DNA of 64,000 bases from Phallusia mammillata (Eukaryota): assembly GCA_965637545.1 (NCBI GenBank), contig OZ281501.1:3348001-3412000 (forward strand), given 5' to 3'. The notes under the pieces were generated by a model. The model ran no database searches. It was not told the DNA's origin and saw only the letters and a program-made list of their open reading frames with translations. A program made the translations under genes and the position numbers. This document shows, in pieces, positions 52,239-64,000 of this stretch (positions are counted from its first letter, which is position 1; each line of letters begins with the position of its first letter).

Positions 52239-54299
52239 GTTTGTTGTGGTGATTTTTAAGTTACAATTTCTCAACTCCGAAACTAATGAGACCTAATTTG
52301 TTTGAAAATAGTGAATGGAAGTTGAAATTAGTTTTTGAATTTTTGTCGGTTCATTTTTTTCTAATATGTGTACACATAGAATTTTGATTAGCATTTTTTT
52401 ATAAAATATGGCTTTTCATGTAATTGTAAAGTATAGTATAGGAATATACGAATACCGGGTCAAATGCAAAATTTGGTTATTCCCGTTAATTATGGCTTTT
52501 TGGTTTCAACCAATTACCCAAATTCAGTCTTGCTTTCCATACCAAGTTAAACCATTAAACAAGCAAGTCATGGCCATGCCGGTTTTCCTTTATAAGCTCA
52601 GCCCTAAAGGTCTAGACAAAATTGCCACCTTTGAAAGCAATTTACTACGTTGTTCGTCTCCCGCTGACGAAGGTACCACGTTTTTAACTTCCTCTGCCCG
52701 GCCGCACGTCTTGCCAATTATCGCAACCTCTAACTCTCCCAGGCTATGAAGTGATTACCTTTTCACCTCGCTGTTTAACCCGGTTTTCACGTGTGAAATC
52801 GTGAACGTGGTAAAGGCTTGTCTCGAGGGAAATTCACTGGTTGCGTCATTGGCCTTGAGATATGAGACATGATTTTTAGAAAATGTAATTGTTTCCCTCA
52901 AAAATGCAGGAATATGCACAGCTACTTAAGAATAGTCGACTAGAATCAAAGAAAGGCAACAAATTGTCTTGTTGGGTAAAAAAAGATGAAAAAATATTTT
53001 GACAAAATTTTATGTCCTTTGGTATTAACCATTATAAATATTCCACATTCGAAAGTAAAGATACAAAAATATAGTTTTTACTGTTAATAACAAAACTTTT
53101 ATATATGTATCATAGATTTATTTTACTCATAGCATTAACCATCTATTTGCAAATAATCTATGATGTTTTCAAATGTCGGTCTAAGAGGGCAAAAGTTTAC
53201 CACACAATAACACCACATGTTTTATCGTTTAACAAACAACAAAGTCAGTCTTGTATTTGCTTCAGTTGGTTCACCTTTACAGTAAGCCAAAGTCGTTATG
53301 TTTCCCACACTCCAGCCGCAAACAGTATATTTGCGGGTAATTCTGGTAATGTTTCATCGTGTGTGCACCAGACGACGGCATTAAACCGTGCGCTGTCATT
53401 TGGGTTTGACAAATGAAATGTAAATATTCCGACTGACGTAGAAACTAGTTGTGGATATACGGATTGTCCAAATTGGATGCATTTTTTTCCTACTGCGTTT
53501 TGATTATGTTTATTATTACCATCCTGTTTTTGATTCTATTTGAATAAGGGAATAATACAAATTTACAGTTTGTCACAGAAACCTTGGCCACTTGCATATA
53601 TGTTCAAAATATTGTTTATTTTAAGAATGGTCGGATAGCTTGTCTTTAACCTGCAATAACCTTTTGTTTAAGAATAAACCCTTTGGGGTGATTACTTAAA
53701 ATGCCCTGAGCGATTAGTCAAAATAATATACAAATGTATTACATTACATGAAGAAGAGCAACTAAAACGATTGTATTGTGTGCTTGCTATGTTAAATCAA
53801 CAGCTTTGCAGACGGGTAGGAGTTGACATTGCTTAGAGGTTTAATTATTGACTACAAAGAGACGGTTAGGCAAATAGCACAGCGGTCCGGGAGAGGCTGT
53901 TAACTTGTATGCTGGTTTGTTGAATGGCTACAAACACTAGTTATATCGCCACTTGAACTATGTCTCGGTCAATACATTAACAGGTTGTTACATTTAGGAC
54001 ATCATACGAATGCTTTGTAGCAAATTCACAAATTGACACTGCAATCGTATGTCAGAAACACATGTCTTTTGTAATTATATTATTCGAACATCTATGAAAA
54101 GGGAAAAAATGTTTTATCTTAGATTGTGTTCTGGATCCATGTGTTTGTCTTTAGTAAATAAAATGTTTTGTCAAAATGTCTAATATACTTCGCTTATTAT
54201 AACATGTCAATGTATTTCATATGTAATCACAAATATATTGTTACATTGCCAGTTGAAATGATTTACCATCTATTAACTGCGCATTGTTTTACTACACAG

Positions 54300-54488
54300 G
54301 TGGACAACTTTGTCGGAAAATTCACTCGTCTTGCCTTCGAAGTTCGCCGTGATCAAATCGCTCTTTACTTCGACTGCGTGAAGTTAGATGACCAAGTCGT
54401 GATGAAGAAGTCAACTGGCAACGATGTAGACATCCCATCGGACGGCACAGTCTTCCTGGCTGGTAGCACACTCGCCAATAGGTTTATT
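54300..54488 (+). CDS. COL15A1/COL18A1-like: multiplexin TSPN exon 3
   Basis: VDNFVGKFTRLAFEV..IALYFDC compared with COL18A1 AFVGQWTHLALSV..VALYVDC; phase 0-0. Confidence 0.93.
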
Positions 54489-54859
54489 GTAAGTATAAAT
54501 GTTGTGTAATTGTAGGTCATCTTTCGTAAAGGGGGAACATATCTTTTTCGTTCGTTTTTTCCGTATTAAAGGGTTTGTTCGTGTTATTTGGTCAAGAAAA
54601 GTGCTTCAAACTTTTTTAAATTGACTTATGTGACAAGTATCTTTCTGAAGTTGGTCTATGTAAAATGCAATTCACCCACATGCCTCCGAAACGCGAAAAT
54701 TAAAAAAAACAGCTATACTTGCTATTGTATTAACACCCAGTGTATTTTTATCTGCTACATTTTGTCGACAAATCATAAATGGCATATGTTTTTGAGAAAC
54801 CATCAAAAACATTTCGCAATTTCAGCTTCCTCAAATGCATTTACTTCGTTACATTTCAG

Positions 54860-55198
54860 GGTTCTTTGCAAGAGTTAGAGATTTTGTTTGACCCCAAGAA
54901 AGCGGAAACGTATTGTCTTCCTTCCCGCGCGTTGAGGTCCAGTGACACTGAAGGTAGTGGAGCTAGTGGAGACGGATCAAGCGATGTTGATGCTGAAAAA
55001 GATGATGAAGAAAGTACTGAAGAAAACAAGACTGAAATCGATGAGCCAACTGAGAGTCCTATGATAATCCCTAGTGAAGAAGCGGAGTTTACTACTACCA
55101 CGATTCTGAGTCCAACCACTGCGTTTGTAGAGGTTGAAGAGGAATTAATTCACCCCCGCATTGCACACGTGACCCCATTGACTGAACCAACGCATGAG
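54860..55198 (+). CDS. COL15A1/COL18A1-like: multiplexin TSPN end plus acidic Ser-Gly GAG-attachment linker
   Basis: GSLQELEILFDPKKAETYC then EGSGASGDGS and an E/D/T-rich tract; phase 0-0. Confidence 0.93.
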
Positions 55199-55873
55199 GT
55201 AAACTTGAAATTGTTTTAAACAGGTTGTAACTTAGTAGCAATAATTTAGTTCTAGTAACTTTTCTCCAATAAAGGATCAAATTAAATTTTTATAAATGTT
55301 GGTAGGCCAGAAAGAGTTTTTTTGGGGAACTAACTTGTGAAGTACTTCCTTTTTTTAAGACTATTGATTTTTAAGACTATTGTTTTGCTGTGGTCGCCTC
55401 AGACATAGATTTGGGTTAAAACATTTAAAATAAGTAATCTGGCGATTAATTGCTATTCAGAATTACCATCTAATTTATCTAGTGTTATACAATAAAGATA
55501 ATTAGTCCTTAAGGAATTACCCGCTTTTACAAGTGGTTTCCAAATCTGCTTCAGAATAACAATACACCATTGTAGTTAAATGTGTCAAATACAGCGTTAT
55601 GTGGCCAACCGCATATTCAAATTTTATCCTGTGACTGGAATAACTATTTCACACAATTTCGTTCCAACACACACCTTTGCAAACCGCAAAAATCGCATGT
55701 GGTTAAACATGTGTCTGTTCTTTGACAGTTTAACCTTAGTGTAGTTGAACTAATTGCAGCATAAGTGAACAGCGTGTTATTAAATTACATCCTATGTGTT
55801 AGAGTATTGTGTAGTTTTGTTATTTTGAAGAAGATAATTTGACACTGAGACGTAATTGTGATGTGTTTTGCAG

Positions 55874-55940
55874 AGTTTGGTTGAAGAACCAGAACCGGTA
55901 CCTACAGATGATGTTGAAGTTGAAGTGAAAACAGTCAGAG
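55874..55940 (+). CDS. COL15A1/COL18A1-like: multiplexin linker exon (SLVEEPEPVPTDDVEVEVKTVR)
   Basis: TTTTGCAG|..AG|GTATTT; phase 0-1 bridges to the first Gly-X-Y exon. Confidence 0.85.
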
Positions 55941-56158
55941 GTATTTGAATTTTTTGTCTGTAAAATCATTTTGCAAATTATGCTGGTGATTTGGTTGGTG
56001 AAAAAAAAAACGATTTCACAACTGTTAAAGTTGGATCAATGAATATGGAAAATTGCTACAATGTACAAACCTCGTTAACTATATTTGTTTGTACGTTTGA
56101 AAATGTCTATGTTTTGTTTAGTTTTAATACTTTTAAAAATAATACTGTCATATTTCAG

Positions 56159-56209
56159 GTGAAAAAGGAATGAAAGGCGAACCAGGAGTAGGACTGGTTG
56201 GACCTAAAG
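56159..56209 (+). CDS. COL15A1/COL18A1-like: collagen exon GEKGMKGEPGVGLVGPK
   Basis: Gly-X-Y, AG/GT, phase 1-1. Confidence 0.9.
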
Positions 56210-57817
56210 GTAATGCAAGAATTTTTAACCAGTTATCCAAGAAGTATAAAAACCTTTTGGTAAATCTCCTTGGTTGAAACGAAATAAGTCAGTTATAGGT
56301 GACAGAAATATGTATTTTACCGTTTCGAAAGTAACCTTATTCAAATAGAATGATTTTAAAATTATTTATTTGAGATAGGGACTATTGTATTGCATAGAAA
56401 ATAGATGCCGTTGTCAAACCCTTAAGGACCAATAGTGGGCGTTCGTGTTTGTTAAGATTAAGAACGGCTGACAAGTTAGAAGGTTTTTGGCATAAAGTTA
56501 GCACTGATGGTCTTGTGCCACTGAGAGCATTTTGTTTCCTATTTCCCTCCCTCTATGGGGCATTCCTGTTCTGCATACCACACAGCGAAAGGTCTCCGAC
56601 GTGATTTTCAAAGCTCTTCTAACGCAATTTGGGGCTTGGCTTTAAGCGTTGTAATACTGCCTGTGCACTTTCCTGGTGTGGCCATAAACTTTACCTGGAT
56701 TGCAATAAAAACGTCGTTAGCCCATTTTGCACGGGAAAATTGTTTCATAAAAACGTACACGCAAGTTAAGCAAGAAGTCTTCAAATGCTTTGCTAACCGA
56801 CAAAAGCGTTTACTTTTTGTCCTTATTTTCAACCTAAAGCAGATGATAGACATTTTAGCATGTAGGATTTCTTAATAGAGATGTATTTCTTTGTATGTTT
56901 AGAGGCGCCCATAAAATCGAAGAAGCAAGGCAATACTCGAAAGTAATTTGTGCTAATGACACAAAACGCTATTTGAATCATCAAACTGATTTACACCCAA
57001 AGATTTGACTTTTACATTTAATTAAGATAAAATTGAGGGCTATGTTTTTGAGCTGGGAAAGTTTATGACTAAGCAGGTTTGTTTAATGTTTCAAAAAAGC
57101 GCCATCCTACAGCTGATGCCACTTTAGGGTGTGGTCAATGTCGAGGCCCCAAATGGGTGTTGACAGTTACCTTTCAGGCGACGAGACTCAAAGCGGTTTA
57201 CGGTTTTGTTATTGGAGGGTTTGGGGGAAGTAGCAACCAAGCGAGCCCTCGGCCTGACAGTCTGGCGGTGCATCAGACGCCATAGGGCCCTTGTGGCGAG
57301 CGCAAAAATTTCCGGTCGAAATTTGATGTCTGCTGCGTTAACCGTTGCAACACAGGGTTAAGTGCCTGGTTAGCTTAACCGACAACAGTTGCGCATTGTT
57401 GTGGGGCATTAACGTGGGGATTGCGCGTAAGCTTAGGATCGGCCAAACCGCTTTGCACTTACACTAGTTTGAGTTAAACTTAATTGTTCAGATTTTTTTT
57501 ACAACTATTATGGCGCTTTTACACGGCCTGAAGTGTCTGTAATCTCACTTTTAAGTAGCATGGCTCTTGAATGGTTACTGTTTATGTTAAATCCAATCCG
57601 TTAACTGAAGATTTTCTGGTGTTAGCAGATCAAATCGTCTAGTGTGTAAAATATTTGGCTGCCAAAAAATTGTATGTGGATAGAACTATTTTTTTGACCC
57701 GGAATTCAGTTTTTTTCAAATTGTAAAATTATATCTGATTGTAGCGAAGTTATAGTTGAACATACATTTACATTTTTGTCTTATACAAACCGACTTATAC
57801 AAAACGTTATGTTTTAG

Positions 57818-57915
57818 GTGCACAGGGTGATCGAGGTACTGATGGAGCAGATGGAGAACCTGGTCCCAAAGGAGAGCCTGGAGACGTTGGACTGCAAGGA
57901 CCCGAAGGACCACAG
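57818..57915 (+). CDS. COL15A1/COL18A1-like: collagen Gly-X-Y exon
   Basis: GAQGDRGTDGADGEPGPKGEPGDVGLQGPEGPQ; phase 1-0. Confidence 0.93.
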
Positions 57916-58068
57916 GTAAACTAATAAACTTTCAGTTGATGTATATTCGAAAAATTATCAGTTTGAATAGCTTTCTATTTCTTCAAACCTCTAAAGGAAA
58001 TCTACCACTAAATGTGCAAAATAATTAGTACTGCAGCATATACGTAATGCATTTTTTCTGTCTAACAG

Positions 58069-58095
58069 GGTGAAGCTGGCCAAAAGGGTGAACAG
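58069..58095 (+). CDS. COL15A1/COL18A1-like: collagen 27-nt exon
   Basis: GEAGQKGEQ, CAG|..|GTAAGA. Confidence 0.9.
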
Positions 58096-58280
58096 GTAAG
58101 ATGAATGTGATACAATCGTTTTCTGAAATTTACCGAAGATCGTAGAAAAAAATATTTTCAGTGACAAACATTAACACATTTAACCTGAATAAAAATGTGA
58201 AAGTAGTGTTTAAAGAAAAGTGAAATTTTCGGTTAAAGATAGAATGATTTAAAATGAAATTAATTGACCTGTATTTTTAG

Positions 58281-58373
58281 GGTGAGCAAGGTATGAAAGG
58301 AGAAAACGGTGTAGCTGGTGAAAAGGGTGACAAAGGAGAAGATTCGGTCGTACCAGGCTCTCCTGGACCCAAA
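58281..58373 (+). CDS. COL15A1/COL18A1-like: collagen Gly-X-Y exon with interruption
   Basis: GEQGMKGENGVAGEKGDKGEDSVVPGSPGPK. Confidence 0.93.
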
Positions 58374-59294
58374 GTAAGCCTCTTTCTTTAAAGCTTACTT
58401 GTTTTGAAATACATTTTTACCTTGGAAAGTTTCCTTATAAACTGAAGCTAGGGCAGCGATAAAAAGGATTTGGCTTTCTTAACAAATGTGTCACCCAATT
58501 TGATTCAAAACTTTGCAAAAAACATTCAGCTTGTGCTCTGACAATAGCAGCTAAATGTGTCGTTAACGTATAATATATCACCTGTGTCCAATTTATTTAT
58601 CTGATACAACCAAGTATTAAATGAACACGATGTTGAGCAAGTATTGGTGTCAATCTATCACCCATCGCTTGTTTGGCATCGTGCCGTTGAAAGACGATCG
58701 TCATCGACAAGAAATAGTCCAAACGTATTTGCTTACTTGGCGAAACAAGTTAGAACACACGTAACCTGTCGTGTGACATGCTGGAACTATGTGGGTCACA
58801 CTCCTAGTAAAACCGGGCCTTTCTCAAACAAGATCTAAACCTGTGTGCCCAATGTTTGCCCTATCTCCAACCAAACTATATTTGCACTTATAGTAAATTA
58901 TAATGTGCTCTTTACTTTTCGTGGTCAGTCCGTAACTAGGCCGTTACGTTCTAAGTACAGAAATAGCGCCCGTGCTTACTCAAAGCGGTAAAAATAACGC
59001 AAGTATTTGAAATGGTGGACATACCACACATGCCAATGTCGGGGTTAAGAGTTACCAACCATTGACACAAAGTTAAAATTTATCTCCGTTACGTCTGGTC
59101 AAATCCAATAGAAGTCATTTTTTACAATCCGACCACATGTGTAAGAATGATAAACTTTTAACAAACTTTTTTTGCCAGCACCACATAGCAATAACCAAAA
59201 ATATATTCATGAACATCCCATAAATGTTACTAATTTCTAAAATGTTACAAATTTATTTCATGACCTTTAGTTAATCGTTGTGCTTTTTGTAAAG

Positions 59295-59384
59295 GGTGAA
59301 GTTGGAATTGGTATTCAAGGCATCCAAGGTGAAAAGGGTGAAAAAGGAGAAGCCTCGATTATTCCAGGACCGCCTGGTGCTGAT
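59295..59384 (+). CDS. COL15A1/COL18A1-like: collagen Gly-X-Y exon with interruption
   Basis: GEVGIGIQGIQGEKGEKGEASIIPGPPGAD. Confidence 0.93.
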
Positions 59385-59830
59385 GTAAGTAGAATTTTAC
59401 ACGATTGTGTTTTCTACCCGTTAAGCCAAACTTATCCTTGCTGAAATTCGAACCCACAACCTCAGTATATCTGGTGAATACGATCTGCATAAACTATGTC
59501 ACATATGTGCTACTGAATCGACCTAAATCGACAACATGTTCATATTTTCCATTAACTAGCAGTTAACTGTGTATTTGTTAAGAACTAAACTCCAAGTGTA
59601 AAGTTTAGACTGCTCTACAATGATAAAAAACATTGCCCCTTTAATCTGTAATCTTCGTAGGAAACGATTTCTTAACCCTATCGTGTGACAGTTTGCTGAG
59701 TAAACAGAACTTTAAATCCAAACCTTCCGGCATTAATCCTCGTCTTGGAAACCAGCTCAGATAACTTGTGCTGCCAAAAATCCGCCAACGGGCTCGAATT
59801 TCTTGCGGTAAAACTTGTTTTTCTTTGCAG

Positions 59831-59857
59831 GGTGCTGTTGGGCTGCAGGGCGCCAAG
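59831..59857 (+). CDS. COL15A1/COL18A1-like: collagen 27-nt exon
   Basis: GAVGLQGAK with consensus splice sites. Confidence 0.9.
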
Positions 59858-60899
59858 GTAAGATCTCCTGATATATGTTGTTTATCCGTTTGTGCATTTT
59901 CCATTACCACCTAACATAGTCTAAACTTTTAGCCTGACTCTAAATTATGCAGTGTTAAACGGCATTACATCCAAAGGCCAAAAATGTACACGTTTGAACA
60001 AGAAACATCATTGTAGCCTCAACAGTTTGAACTTTGCTTTGTAGTGTTACTTGTGTAAACCTAATTTATCTTGTTACCATTTGGGATGTTGTGACCGGAT
60101 TTTGCACCCATCGGTTGTATGTAATAGCCACCGCAAATGGGATAGTTAGGTCACGACCATATTTCCTTCTAAAGCTTATCTAAATTCCCGGCTACCAGCC
60201 AACACAATGTGCCATGGAGATTAACTTTAAGCCCAGGTTCAACAAACGTGCCAAGCCATTTGGGTTTGGGAGAATATTCTCACGTTAACATAAGAGGTCA
60301 TTTTGAGTTGACACGTCTAAAGGTCTCTCCGCATTCTTTTCGACTTGTATCGTTATGAGAATGAGATCGAATTTGAAATCAAAGCTTCGGAAAGAAATTA
60401 AAGTTTCATATGTCGAGTGGACACTTGAAAATGCGGCTAGCCGTTCGTCGATTTGTGCTTAGAATTACAACGCCTTCTTACAAGTGTTGCCATTATAGCG
60501 CGCATGGTGTACGATTACGACACTTTAGAGATATTCCAAATTGACCATTGTTTGAATCAACATCGTACGTAAATAAATGCCAACGAACTTGACTTTTTTA
60601 ACATTCAATATTTCATTTGGACTAAACCAATTTCTTTTAAAGAGAAGAGTGATTTTTTTTCTTGCGAAAAACAAAGTTGTTTCTGGTCGAAGTTTACAAC
60701 AACAATCCCAAATGGTTCTTTTTCAAACAAAGCCTGAATTTGGCCATAAATTTGGTAACAATGCAACGAAAAATGATGTCTAATGTGAATTCAGGCGAAT
60801 CAAACCTGTTTTTATTGAAACTTAAGCCTGGTTCAAACAATGATCATAACATTGAAGTACCCAGGGATGAGACTAACTTGCTGTATTAATTATTTAAAG

Positions 60900-60962
60900 G
60901 GTGAACCCGGCGAAGATGGAGAAGATGGTGAAGACGGTGATGACGGCGAGGATGGAACGAAG
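60900..60962 (+). CDS. COL15A1/COL18A1-like: collagen 63-nt acidic exon
   Basis: GEPGEDGEDGEDGDDGEDGTK. Confidence 0.9.
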
Positions 60963-61413
60963 GTGTGCTTGTAGTTTATGTTTAATGTTCAGTTATAGAA
61001 ACGTACCAACACTAGCAACTCCCACGCTTACGTTATGGGTGATGTGTGCAAAATAAGGTTGAATGCCCTTGAATGCCTCACCTTTGCTACAAAAAAATGC
61101 TTTGTAAATCGTATAAGATAACAATATGTATTTGGAAGATTTAACCTTTATGTATTTCGCATACTAGTACAGTATTATACACTGAAGACAGTGTACACTG
61201 TTGCAACCTATGAGGTCTGATCAGTGCAGCTGGTGGTCAGAGGTAGGCCGAAACAGTGAGCACTGTCTGCAATATTAGAATGGTACTTTTTCCAAGAAAT
61301 ATATTAAACTGTTTGTTAGACGGTTTGTGCGTTATCAATTCTACTGCAATTTAGTTAGCTTTGTTACAATGAGATGTTAAAATATGGTCATAAAACTTTC
61401 TCCCATTTTTTAG

Positions 61414-61485
61414 GGTGATCGTGGCCACCCTGGTCCAGCTATTCCAGGTCCTCCAGGTCCACCAGGACCACCAGGCGCTCACCCG
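61414..61485 (+). CDS. COL15A1/COL18A1-like: collagen Gly-X-Y exon
   Basis: GDRGHPGPAIPGPPGPPGPPGAHP. Confidence 0.93.
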
Positions 61486-61667
61486 GTATGTATTTACCAA
61501 ACCAAAAGACACCCTAATTTTTTTTTAAAGCCACGTTATATTACAGTCTAGTTTAAAATAGTAAAATGTTTTAATCTCTTTTCATACAAAACTTTACCAA
61601 AACCCTTTATCAAATTATCATTTTTTTTACTCAATGCCCAACTAAATTGGTTTCCTTCTTTGTTTAG

Positions 61668-61706
61668 CGAACGGCTTTCGTTGACATGGAAGGGTCAGGA
61701 ATGGAG
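61668..61706 (+). CDS. COL15A1/COL18A1-like: non-collagenous GAG-site exon RTAFVDMEGSGME
   Basis: DMEGSG motif conserved in vertebrate collagens XV and XVIII; phase 0-0. Confidence 0.92.
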
Positions 61707-61872
61707 GTATGAAAACTAAATACAATCAGATATTTATGTAACAAATATTACCAGTTGTGTTTGTGTGTAAAAAACAAAATATCGTATGTGTTCGTGTCTG
61801 AAACCTAGCAATATACCAAGCAATGCCATTCATGCACAACAAAACTATCAGTTCTAATTGTATTGTAAACAG

Positions 61873-61986
61873 GGACCAGCTGGCCCACCTGGCCCACAGG
61901 GACCACAGGGCCCTCCTGGACCAAAAGGACCCGCTGGCCAGAACGGCACAAGCGTCAAAGGCGACAAGGGCGAAAAAGGCGACACT
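61873..61986 (+). CDS. COL15A1/COL18A1-like: collagen Gly-X-Y exon
   Basis: GPAGPPGPQGPQGPPGPKGPAGQNGTSVKGDKGEKGDT. Confidence 0.93.
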
Positions 61987-62308
61987 GTAAGTCCGGATTA
62001 AGCAGTTTGTTAGCAAACAAATTCTTTACTCTCGAGAGAAAAATGTCTGTCGCACTTCACTGGGCAGAAAATTGAAAACGAAACCACCCAGAAGAAATTG
62101 TAGTAAAACGTTTTTAGGCCTCACTTTGGCGTAAATATGTCAACTTAACACATGCAGGTCACGGGGTTAACGTTTCGTCAAATAAGCCATTGGTGTTGGT
62201 GACTACATAATTTGTTGCTGTCCCCGTTGGGAAAACCTTAATTTAAATACTACAGTAAAGCAAAACATTGCAACATATTTGAAATAAATAAATTGTTTGT
62301 GTTTTAAG

Positions 62309-62380
62309 GGTGAGATTGGTTTGATGGGACCTGAAGGCCCACAAGGCCCCCCTGGAAGGTCTGGAGTGGATGGATTGAAC
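62309..62380 (+). CDS. COL15A1/COL18A1-like: collagen Gly-X-Y exon
   Basis: GEIGLMGPEGPQGPPGRSGVDGLN. Confidence 0.93.
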
Positions 62381-63139
62381 GTAAGTAAAAGACTTCAACT
62401 ACAAATATATAACATCATCTCTTCTATCTTTTTTTCCATTTTCAAGCTTTTCTCTATAGGTGAAATAAATTTATTACCAGTTTCTCTGTTGTGTCTATTG
62501 TTTCTTTCTTCATTCAGTTCGAAAATTTGCTTCAACGTGTAGTATCTCATTTACACAAAAACAAAGATCAATCTGAACGTCCCTCTCCTTTCGGTTTTCC
62601 GCGTCGTCAAAGTTTCAATTTTGGTTCAAGGGATGGCACACCTTACTCGGTACAATTTCTTTCTTTCCAACCTTCTGTTTACCTTCTTCCCTAACTCTCT
62701 CTCTTTTCTTTTGTGCTTTTTTCTCGTCACTTCTCTCGCAGCCGGGTTGGGCTTTTCGTGACGACCATTTCAGCGATTCTCAAACCAATTTTGGGAGACA
62801 AAAACGCGTTTATCGGCCGAAACCCTTTGGTCTTGGTGGCCCCGGAAGCACCAATCTTGTTTCCACAAATGACATAGGAAATCCGAGGGTATGGTGTCGA
62901 CTTCTTTTCTCTTTTACTGTCAATCTACACTACATTCAAACTTCCCTATTATCATTATGCTTGACACTGAAATACTTTACAAAACTTTGCAATTGTTTTC
63001 ACAAAATTGGCATACATGTTACCTCCTTTCAATTTCATGTTTCTTCATTTATGAAGATGCATACTGGATATCGAATTTTATTTTATAGATCTAACATATA
63101 TTTGACATGTAATTTAACACAGGAAATACTTTTAAACAG

Positions 63140-63181
63140 GGTGAAATGGGACCACCTGGACCAGCTGGCGTCGGTGCTAAG
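63140..63181 (+). CDS. COL15A1/COL18A1-like: collagen Gly-X-Y exon
   Basis: GEMGPPGPAGVGAK. Confidence 0.9.
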
Positions 63182-63444
63182 GTAAATCTTTTTCCTAGGT
63201 CTTTGTTTGTGTAACAACTTGTCCACTTTGTTGTGTTAAAAGCAGCTTAATCATTTCTGTTAAAAAACTCCCAAACAAAGTATAACACATGGAGGCCTAT
63301 ACTATAAAAAGGGAGATTTTTATCTATTGCAAAATTGTATGAGTTTATCGAAACATTTTTACAATTATTTAACTAGGTAATGTAATGTTGATGAACAACA
63401 AGGAAATTCACAACAGTATCAACACCTTGTTTGTTTCATCTTAG

Positions 63445-63532
63445 GGAGAACCTGGCGAAGATGGCAAAGCAGGCGCCCCCGGGCCACCTGGACCCCCAGG
63501 CGTGTGCGCAGCCAAATCACATATGCCAACAG
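63445..63532 (+). CDS. COL15A1/COL18A1-like: collagen Gly-X-Y exon (gene continues beyond the window)
   Basis: GEPGEDGKAGAPGPPGPPGVCAAKSHMPT, donor CAG|GTAGAG; no stop codon or endostatin domain in the window. Confidence 0.9.
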
Positions 63533-64000
63533 GTAGAGCTAAAAAATGCAGACTATGATCTTTGTCTTCCAGTAACCAAGTGAAAATTGTCACGATAAAA
63601 GCCTTTCTCGGCATAGCTGCAGGGCTTGTGTGGTTAGGATGCAATTTCGAAGGGCGGTTTTTCCTGGAAGTTAACTCGTTCCAATAAAACGACCATTGCG
63701 CTGGTTCTGCAAATACCTGGCACATTTACCACATTAGAAACGTTCTTTTAGCATGACAGGCATTCCTTAGTTACTTGCGTTTTTTCAAGGGCTTTGGATA
63801 GAGCTGTATCAATCACATTTCATTACTATGACATTCTTCTATTGAGTTTGGCATGTTCGAATATGAGCGTATTGGTAAAAAGATTTTAGGGATAAACGTA
63901 AACCGTAGGGTTTTAAATGAAATTGAATTCATAGTATTTGGAGACTAGATTGTGAAAAATAAACCACTTAACACCAAAGTCAAATTCCTTAAAACCATGT

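Noticed and set aside
59435-59530. B-box-like TTCGAACCC as a tRNA
   Set aside because: No cloverleaf; at most a decayed SINE
63441-63725. Minus-strand Pro/Gly-rich ORF (also 57716-57913, 61726-62016 and 54856-55119)
   Set aside because: Antisense shadows of collagen exons

Overview
Eukaryotic, AT-rich, intron-rich animal DNA. An invertebrate chordate such as an ascidian is my inference, not proven. Most ORFs in the supplied track are spurious. The right half (about 29.4 kb to the window end, + strand) holds the 5' two-thirds of a multiplexin (collagen XV/XVIII-type) gene: a signal-peptide exon, four TSPN/LamG-domain exons (the last running into an acidic Ser-Gly GAG linker) and many Gly-X-Y exons including the diagnostic FVDMEGSG interruption; all exon phases join in frame. 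Inside its 19-kb first coding intron is an in-frame phase 1-1 cassette exon (49092-49370) encoding a six-cysteine module with the spacing and motifs of the RGM/hemojuvelin N-terminal BMP-binding domain, at the position where vertebrate collagen XVIII carries a Frizzled CRD. The left part holds a convergent pair of two-exon genes whose products look like IL-1-family beta-trefoil proteins: one leaderless 272-aa precursor (- strand) and one apparently secreted, glycosylated 183-aa protein (+ strand). Also present: a tRNA-Asn(GTT), a Penelope-like retroelement relic (GIY-YIG remnant plus hammerhead ribozyme) with a solo hammerhead copy, several hAT MITEs with 8-bp TSDs, tRNA-derived SINEs and a tandem-repeat-bearing element. 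All family assignments come from visual motif comparison; no searches were run.
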